A DNA stretch of 63,894 nucleotides, the filler included, from Dirinaria sp. TL-2023a (lineage: Eukaryota): the NCBI GenBank assembly GCA_051941275.1. It is 3 parts of 3 records of this genome, joined end to end, with 100 filler letters (N's around TTAATTAATTAA, not from the genome) between each part and the next. Parts side by side here need not be neighbours in the genome. Positions count along the whole stretch, not along the records: positions 43,216 to 63,894 come from JAVEBF010000278.1; 2 more parts are not named here. One strand, written 5' to 3'. This document shows, piece after piece, positions 56,001 through 63,894 of the stretch (position 1 is the stretch's first letter; every line of letters begins with the position of its first letter). Below the pieces are notes generated by a model that worked only from the letters and a program-made list of their open reading frames with translations, was not told where the DNA came from and did not search any database. The position numbers and the translations under genes were made by a program.

Positions 56001-59000
56001 CTTCGTCGGCCTCTTCGCTGCCCATACCATAGCCCTCGACCCTTGACGCCTCGTTCCATTCTGCTGATATAGTTTTCTGCAACAGAATTTCTTCCCAAAC
56101 ACAGCATCTGTGCAAACGGGAAAGCCCTTTCACAATGCCAATGTACATATCGGCAAGGTTGACCTGGCTAAACACAGTGTGGCTGGAACGACTGTTATAG
56201 ATGGGCCCCGAGAACGTTTCGAAAAGGATGTTACAAAACGTGTGTATGGCTACCAATGACTTTACGAGCCGAGTGCCAAGTTCAGCATCAACTTCTTTCA
56301 CATCTTGTTCTGGAGTAGTAAATCTTGAGAAATAAGCAGCTTCGCCAGAGTAGCTGGTGATTGGCTCTAGCCTATCTATGTGATCTTGCATTCGCCGTAA
56401 CAGAGTTGGCAGCACTAGGTGAGCTTTCTGTTCGGCGAGCATATGGATGACCTTGGCAATCTCGTGGCTGGCCGTCTGGATATTGAAATCCCACTTAAGT
56501 GACTCTGAAGTTGCTAAGCCTAATACGTGGCAAGCACCACCTCGTTCAGCAAAGGCGGAGCACAAAGCTGTGTTCTCAAAGAAGCCGGTCAAAAACTTCA
56601 TGGCGACGTCGATATATGTTGCAGCATCCGGATCAATTGTCAGATCGTCCTCATCACGACGCTCTATTACACCCGGCGTTTTGATCGGCGAGCCATTGGA
56701 TTCTCCCATGATTATATCTTCCCGAGAACCCTGACGATCAAGTGTCTTGCTCTCTATCCAGAGCTTCGCCCCGTTGGTTTGGTTGGAAGTCTGATCACAG
56801 ACATGGCTTACTCGCTTCACCATGTTTAACACAGAGCGCATAACAAGTTCTTTGAGTCGGGGATGATGGCGGACTAATTCATCGAATGAGCCACCAAGCA
56901 GTCTGGAGAAATCGCCTTCCCGAGCCAACGCCTTGACATGGTCTGGACTTTCGAAGATTTCAAAAAAGGTGTTGAGTGCATTAGACCTAATGAAGAGGTC
57001 CATGCCAGCGTTATTCAGGCAGATTGCTCCAAAAGCTTGTGGTATGGTAACGATCGCGTCGGTCGCGGGCAAGATGTTTGCAGCTAAGTCACGGTTTTCT
57101 GGTCTTGCAAGCATGGTCTCGAGATTCGCTGGCTTGAGCAGCTCGCTAATGTCACGATTCCAGAATTCCGACTCATCGCCTTCAGGCTGCGACTGCTGAT
57201 CTGCTGCCGGCTCGGTAGAGAGAGCTTCAGCCTTAGCTCGTTTCGGTTCCGGAAACGTTCTAGAAGTAATAGCTTCAAGCAAGCCTTTGCTCAGACCTGC
57301 CTCAGCGATGACGGCATAGCTCGTGGGCTCGTTATGAATGAAGTTACTCATGATATTGACTGCACCACTCCAGGCACTCGATCCAAAAGTTTTGCCGTTA
57401 AACATGACGGTTCGAAGGCCACCGAGCAGTTGGGGTGAGTCAATTAGATTTCTCAGTAAGCGATCGAAGTTGCCACTGCCATGGGACATCATGTGATTAA
57501 CGAATTTAAAAAGCCATCGGATTGTCTGCTGCTGGTAGTGAGGGATTTGATAATCAATGGATTGATTTCGGAAGCCAGGGGATAGGCCATTGCCGCTGCT
57601 GGCATTCTCTAGGCCAGACTGTACCTCGGAAGCTATCAGATCAGAGATAGCATCAAGGCCTTTGAGGTTAGCCAGTGTTTGGAACGCATCCCGTACAGAA
57701 TATATGATACTGTCCAGAAACGCAAGAATTTTAGGTTGGCTTCGTTGAGCTTTTCCTGTACGGAGGTTGAGCACTTCGACAATGACATCAAGAAGACCAG
57801 CGGCTATGAGGGCTTCTCCAGTTCTAGGGGCTGATGTAGGTAACGTTTCTAAGAGAGAGAACAAGGCTTCCCGCCAATCGTCTCCTTCGTGCTCATCGTC
57901 ATGGAAGTCATCATGTGCCATGTCAGTGACAGCTCGACGAAGAACGTAGAGCAATACACCATGGGTAACATTGATGTTCAATGCGGCGCCGACATCAGAT
58001 GCTTTTACCTTATGCTTGGCAAGCGCCTCAAGGGTGCCGATAGCCAGTGTCTGTAACCATATGGGAACGCGGCGTTGGTCTTTTCCGGAAGCGTGGATCA
58101 GATCCGCAAGCTGATAAGCAAGTTGCAGTCGCCGTGGCTCGTCCGAATCTTGTTGCAAGATCTTTTGCTGTAGGATAGTGTCAGGGTAAATGTATGACAG
58201 GTTAGTGATAGCTAAAAGTCGGATCCCCACAAGCTGCTGCCGGGTGGTAGACGACTTTATCATACCGTGGGCGACTCTCAACTTGGTCAAGAGTTCGGAC
58301 TGGGCTTCCTTGGGTAGGCTTGGGGTTGTTTCATTTAGGATTTCTTCAAGAGCGGTTGTGCCTATCGTTGACAAAGGTACCTCAACAGTTCTCATGCCTC
58401 CAACAGTGGCAGTATCGTCAGGCTTAGTGGAAACAGCAGAAGCAAGGACATCTGACGAGTCTTCAAAACTCGAAATGCGGCTCTGGCGCGACAAACCTGA
58501 GGGTCTTCGTGGTTGGGTCGGTGTGGTGTGGGATGGCATAACGGGCGTTGAAGGTTTGGCCTCCTCCTTTGGAGCAGGAGGTGGTTGATAAAAAGTTACC
58601 GCAACAGAACCCCACTCTTCCCATTTGGAGGGCGCTAGATCCGATGATTTTGGCAAATTGTAGCGGTCAGCATTTCCATTGGCGTATGGCAGGTCGTCTC
58701 TGGCGATAGCACTCAAGTCGCTGGAATGCACTGGCTTAGGTTGCTGTGAATGAGCTTTCTCCTTTCCCTTCGCTGTTGGAATAGGTGGATGGAGCACAGG
58801 GTTAGGTGGTGATGGTGAAGGTAGCTTAGTAAAAGGATTGGCAAGTTTCTGGACCTTCTCCAAATCGATATTGTAGTGGCTGGCAAGCAGAGCAGTATTT
58901 AGATGTTGGCTGGCATTGGCACCACGTTGGCGAGATGCATAGTAGCGCTGTGCCAGACGAACTGCTAGCCTTAGAGCACTAGTCAGCAGTGAAAGGTCCG

Positions 59001-59537
59001 TAGTATTCAACAGCTCCCCAAGGCGGTCGCTACTGTTGTAGAGACTTCGGTTGCCACAATTTTCCAGTAAAACCCGCGAGAAATCGAGTAAACTCTCTAT
59101 CAGTGTCCGATCACCATCCTCACCATACCCTAGCTGGTCGAGTTCTTCTTTGCTAGTCCCGGTGACTGTAGCAGCGGTAGTTTCCTCGGCAACCCCTTTC
59201 TCCAACAGTGCTCGTGTGAATCTCTGGGTTTGGGGCCCTGCTTGAAGGCCATACTCGGAGCTAAAGCGCTCTAGAATGGCATCGAACCGGTTAAGAAGCG
59301 GTATCCAATGGTAGACATCCCCTTTAGGAAATGGCCATCGGCGGGGAAAGGAGTTGATGTGTGAAGGTAATCTCGCTATAGGAAGGTTGACTGCAGTATT
59401 GACGAAGGTCGCTACTGCAGGAGACTTTGCAACATTTCATCAGCTAATGATACCAGAGATGTCGAGAGCTACAGAAGTAATGAACATACCACTGTCGCCT
59501 CATGCTTAGGCCCCGCCGCCTTCTTAATTCGCCCCAT
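47078..59537 (-). CDS. TOM1: HECT E3 ubiquitin ligase Tom1/Ptr1/HUWE1; 5 exons, ~4000 aa
   Basis: Starts MGRIKK...[50 protein letters not shown], acidic tract, UBM-like [12 protein letters not shown] repeats, [19 protein letters not shown], catalytic LPSSHTCFN; ends YFGFA*. Introns 59425-59489, 55520-55571, 47575-47623 and 47173-47229. Confidence 0.97.
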
Positions 59538-60236
59538 CGTGACCAGTGAAGAAACGTAGCAGCCTCATGTGAAGGCCTGCCGCGCTCTAACACGGTACAG
59601 AAGGGTTCCGCTAGACGCGGTGCTTGGTATTCTGGTTCGTGAATTCGGGTTTGCTGATCAACAGGTTGTCGGGGTTCAAGGACAGTGTAGGGAGACCTAG
59701 CAGATCAGCAGCACGATATTCTTTGCGTTTTACCTTTTAGAAGCCAAGAGCGGCTTTTTGTTCTGCTGCGGGAGGTATTGCAGGTTCGAAAGACAGGTCG
59801 TAGCTAAGAGGTAATGTGATGATAGGTGACTTCGATGCCGTAGCAGGCCGAGGTGAGCGGGATGAGCAGCAGGTTAAAGCTTTGCGGTGCAGGTCGCTGG
59901 CTTCAACTACTACAGCCCATGAAGGTGAGAGAGTTGTGCTTCATGGATCTGACTCGGCTAGTGAAGTAAGGAAGGAAGAAAGTGTCAGAGCTGGGCTACA
60001 CATCAAGTGCAAGTGAAGTACCTTAGCGAAGGGTAAAGGTGATTGCCGAATTTCTAGAAGTGTCCTAGCGCGTCGTCATTTTCTTGCGCGACTCTTAGCG
60101 AGAGGACAAATTAATAGAATGATGACAGCGACATGAAATCGTTGCCAGTCCGCCTCGGTCCCAGCCAGTCAAGCCAGTGCAAGGGTCCCAGTCGGTATCG
60201 AATTATAAAAGTAGCCAGATGATGTGGTAGTCAGCA

Positions 60237-61244
60237 ATGTCAGTCAATCATTTGACTTTGTCAATTCGCCCTCGAGGTACGAGAAGCTTCAAATCACTCT
60301 TCTGAGTATACTGAACTCTCGCAGGCAAGCCCCTGAAAAGGCTTCCCGAAGAAATTTCCACTTCTACCACAGCTTCAGGTGCAGATCTCTACTCCCAGCT
60401 CGCAATTAAATCCTCCACCTCAGTCCACCAGCTGCGGGTCACCAAAGGGAGCGATGGAACCCTTGTTCCCAATTCGCGGGACATCCCAATTGAACAGACG
60501 GGTCTGAGAGATCAGAGTACTATTTATGTGAAAGATTTAGGTATGTTCGCTACCATACAAACCATACCCAATTCCTACATATGCTCATTTCAGAAAGGTC
60601 CGCAGGTTGCATGGCGCACCGTCTTTATCATCGAGTACCTTGGCCCTATCATCATTCACCCCATTGTCTATTCAGTGCTGCCTTCACCTGAACCGTCGAC
60701 CTTACAAGCCCTTTCTTGCGTGTTAGTTACCCTGCACTTCGTCAAGCGCGAGCTTGAAACTATCTTCCTGCATCGATTTTCTGCAGCGACGATGCCAGCT
60801 TGGAACATATTCAGGAACTCGGCTCACTACTGGCTACTGGCGGGCGTCAACATGGCATATTGGTGCTATCGCCCGGGCTCTCCGACGACGCGGCCTTTGA
60901 ATCCGCTGATAGATTACCCAAGTCTGCTTCTTTGCGCCATTGGCGAGCTGGGGAATCTGGCCACACATGTCACGCTACGCAACCTGCGCAGCAGTGGCGG
61001 CAAAGAGCGAGGAATTCCGCAAGGTCTGGGCTTCAGTATCTGTACCTGCCCCAACTACATGTTCGAGATCATCGCATGGGTTGGAATTTTATTAGTAACA
61101 CGGAGCTTGAGCACATTACTGTTTATGATGGTGGCGGTAGGGTACATGGGAGCTTGGGCCAGAGGGAAAGAGAGGAGATACAGGAAGGAATTTGGTGACA
61201 AGTACAAGAGGAAGAGGTGGGTAATGCTACCTGGCCTATGGTAA
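60237..61244 (+). CDS. TSC13: Very-long-chain enoyl-CoA reductase (steroid 5-alpha-reductase family); 3 exons
   Basis: MSVNHLTLSIRPRG|KPLKRLP...YVKDLG|PQVAWRTVFIIEYLGP, HFVKRELETIFLHRFSAATMP, NSAHYW and CPNYMFE. Introns 60277-60324 and 60541-60597; TATAAAA at ~60204. Confidence 0.94.
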
Positions 61245-61373
61245 AGGGTATTGATATGCTAGAGCAAAAAACTTACCTAATGTATTTGCCTTCTAAGAAA
61301 ATTGACCAGCAGCTGAGCAGAGTCACTGTGAGGAGCCAAAGGGGAAGCGCTAGAATCTCGAGATGGGCTGTTA

Positions 61374-62351
61374 TCATAAGCTATCGATCTTGAGCTGGTA
61401 CAAGCCCGCCTCCTCATCTCCCAGCTTGCCCCTACTCGCTGCTTCAAGGACCTCTCCAAGATCCTGACAACTGTCGATGTACCGGCCACTGAGCAACCTA
61501 GCGGTCTGATTGGTACACAGTGCCACAAAAGTATGTGCTGGCAAGGTCAAGCTGTCGCCCATACTTGGTATAAAATGGTCCATAAAGGCTGGCAGTTCCT
61601 GGTCGTTGTTCTTCGCAGCCTCATTCAGGGCACCAACGCCGAGTGTCGTATCCGCAACCATGCCAGGATGCACGGCAAAAATCGATACTCCTTTAGTTCT
61701 CAATTCTTGATCAATGATATGCGTCGCACGTATCATGCCAGCCTTGGCGGAACTGTAAGCCCAAAAATACGGCGGAGAGGTAACACCTAAGGCGGAAACA
61801 ACATTGATTATTGTGCCACGTCCTGCAGCAACCATCGATGGTACGACGGCATGTGCGAAGGCCAGTGATCCTCTAAGATTAGTTTCTATCACCTTCCATG
61901 GTATTTCAAAGTTGGATTCATGCTCCATCGTTGATATACGCGAAGTGCCCGCATTGTTGATCAAAATGTCGATTGATCCGAGCTTGTCCTCCACCTCACT
62001 AACGACTCGCTTTGGACAGCTAGGGTCTGTCACATCCCCTACAACGTACATCGGCCGTGAACTGGAAGGGGTATTCCGGACTGAACCATTGAGTTGTTCA
62101 TCTTGGCATTGGATCTCTTGGACTAAGGACTGCAAATCCAACAGGGTCCTAGAAAGACAGACTACATGTGCACCCGCCGCAGCAAATGCAAGAGCTGTAG
62201 CGCGACCAATACCACGACCGGCACCGGTCACAAGAACCACGTGATTAATGAGGGCGGAATGCCTTAGATTGGGGGAAATGGCTGGGTAAGTGCTATTACG
62301 GCGAGAGATGGTGGAATTGGGAGGGATTAGGTACTTGTCCATAGGGGCCAT
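61374..62351 (-). CDS. Classical short-chain dehydrogenase/reductase, substrate unknown
   Basis: Intronless 325 aa; TGAGRGIG, DILINNAG, catalytic YSSAK and VHPG. Confidence 0.9.
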   Translation of the reverse strand: MAPMDKYLIPPNSTISRRNSTYPAISPNLRHSALINHVVLVTGAGRGIGRATALAFAAAGAHVVCLSRTLLDLQSLVQEIQCQDEQLNGSVRNTPSSSRPMYVVGDVTDPSCPKRVVSEVEDKLGSIDILINNAGTSRISTMEHESNFEIPWKVIETNLRGSLAFAHAVVPSMVAAGRGTIINVVSALGVTSPPYFWAYSSAKAGMIRATHIIDQELRTKGVSIFAVHPGMVADTTLGVGALNEAAKNNDQELPAFMDHFIPSMGDSLTLPAHTFVALCTNQTARLLSGRYIDSCQDLGEVLEAASRGKLGDEEAGLYQLKIDSL

Positions 62352-63071
62352 GAAAAAAACGACACCCTCTACCGGTGTTGATGAACAATTTGATACTTTT
62401 CGCTACTGCTGCTGAAGATTAGCCCTGAGTCCTTGTGAGCACATGACATGGGTGGGGGAGGGAGCTTCGGTGCATTGCGGCACAGCCACACCGCGGCAGC
62501 GGCTACAGACGCAGAGCGAGGCAGAGCTAAACCCTATCAGTCAACACATCCCCGAGGTCAAAATCGTCATCCTGTAAATCTACTGTACCTTTATCCTCGC
62601 AAATTGTCATACATTTCGTTCTGAGTCTATTAAGCGCCCACATCTGAAGCAAGGGTCTACGGTATAGGTCAGCTAAGCGAAGCGTACGCTGAGTGGTCAT
62701 GGGACTTAGCTGGGCCCACCTACTTATCAGAGGTGTTTGAATTCACCTCAGGAAAAACCGCGCTAAAACCCAGCCTTCGGAATTTTTCGTTTCAAGTCCT
62801 TTGTCTAAAGCGGAGCGGCCGCTGCTAGCTCCATGACGAATTCCTGACACCCAGCCCCGTGATAACTATAAAAGCTATCTCATTCCCCCTTCCTCCTCCT
62901 CTTCCTTCTTCTTCTCCCTCCACCTTCTACGCTCAGTGTGTGCTACATACCATCTCAATTGCTCTTGCGTATATCAACAATCGTACAGTAGCGACAGCAT
63001 ATCAGCGCTTCATTACAATTCAATCCTACTCGTTCATCTCAATTGACCAATCACTCTGCTCTTTACTCAAG

Positions 63072-63785
63072 ATGTCTACATCGAACCGTGTCCCTCTGTC
63101 GCCCGGCTTTTTCACTCGAGGTGGAACACCAGGCACAAAGTACCATATCAGAGGTGGCCTCTTCGCCGCGAGTCGCCTACGGGCCCGCATGAACGCAGCC
63201 GATGGACCCGCATTCGCCGCCGCTGCAGGCTACACACAAACCAGAACCACATCGTACGATGTGCCCGCTGCCGCTCCTCAGCCATTGAAGCGCTCCCTTG
63301 ACGCAGCCGATATCATAGCAGGTTATGCAATTCTTCCATCCCCAACCGCTAAGACTCACGACGAAATCCCGGCGCTTGAAGAGACACCAAAATCCCCCGC
63401 TTGGGCCAGCTTCTGCCGCATCAATCCAATCAACATCCCTCCACCGTCGCCTGTCGTTTCGAGCTTCCCGCACGACGTCCGCAACAATGCATCAGCCGCC
63501 CCCCTGATCTCCGCAGCCCCGACCACGCGCGCCTTCTCAACCAATTCCTCCGGCAAAGCGCCCTCCCCCAAAGCCGCCAAGAACGAGCGGCAGAACAAGG
63601 CCAAGCGCTTCGCCCCCTACGACCTCTGCTTCCGTCCCAAGAAGCAAGTCCACACGGAGGCTCCGGTCACCAAAGCTCCCAATTTGGAGCAGTACCACGA
63701 GCTGGCGGACGCGTATATGGAGAGCATGCTTGCCGTCCTAGACTCCATTGCCGAACAGTATCCCAGTTGGGATCTAGACTACAAC
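63072..63785 (+). CDS. Frataxin/CyaY-like protein, first exon only (gene runs off the window)
   Basis: ATG at 63072. The exon ends LEQYHELADAYMESMLAVLDSIAEQYPSWDLDYN, resembling frataxin helix 1 and strand 1 (YH..AD..L..L...L.......DV.Y). A GTAAGT donor follows at 63786 and a CTAAC branch site is at the last bases of the window. Confidence 0.65.
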
Positions 63786-63894
63786 GTAAGTGTTTCTTCT
63801 CCCTCTCACCCCTCGTTCCTCCTCTCCTTTTGCCAAAAACCCCCTTCCCCCCACCCTGAAAAAAAGGAGGAAAAAAGAGAATAAGCTTACTAAC

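Noticed and set aside
59538..62351. TSC13 and the neighbouring SDR as a lipid-metabolism cluster
   Set aside because: Only adjacency (convergent, ~130 nt apart); the SDR lacks features tying it to fatty-acid elongation.

Overview
Intron-rich genomic DNA from a filamentous ascomycete (Pezizomycotina, inferred from ~50-nt GT-AG introns with CTRAC branch sites and from gene content). It consists of three contigs joined by artificial 100-nt spacers (N44-TTAATTAATTAA-N44) at 21531-21630 and 43116-43215. Contig 1 holds a four-gene naphthalene-polyketide (DHN-melanin-like) cluster: a non-reducing PKS (SAT-KS-AT-PT-ACP-ACP-TE), an AflR-type Zn2Cys6 regulator, a tetrahydroxynaphthalene-reductase-like SDR and a divergent scytalone-dehydratase-like gene, followed by ~7 kb of gene-poor DNA. 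Contig 2 holds housekeeping genes: O-GlcNAc transferase, RPL12, SEC23, the TFIIIC Tfc4 subunit and VTS1. Contig 3 has a small accessory patch (degraded duplicated ORF relic, F-box-like gene, 103-bp tandem duplication), then TOM1 HECT ligase, TSC13 enoyl reductase, an SDR and the first exon of a frataxin-like gene with an unusually long N-terminus. The best leads are the atypical pigment cluster (AflR-type regulator, repeated candidate binding sites, dehydratase with altered active-site residues and an apparent C-terminal frameshift) and the frataxin-like protein carrying a PY-NLS-like motif. All calls come from reading motifs by eye; no database searches were run.
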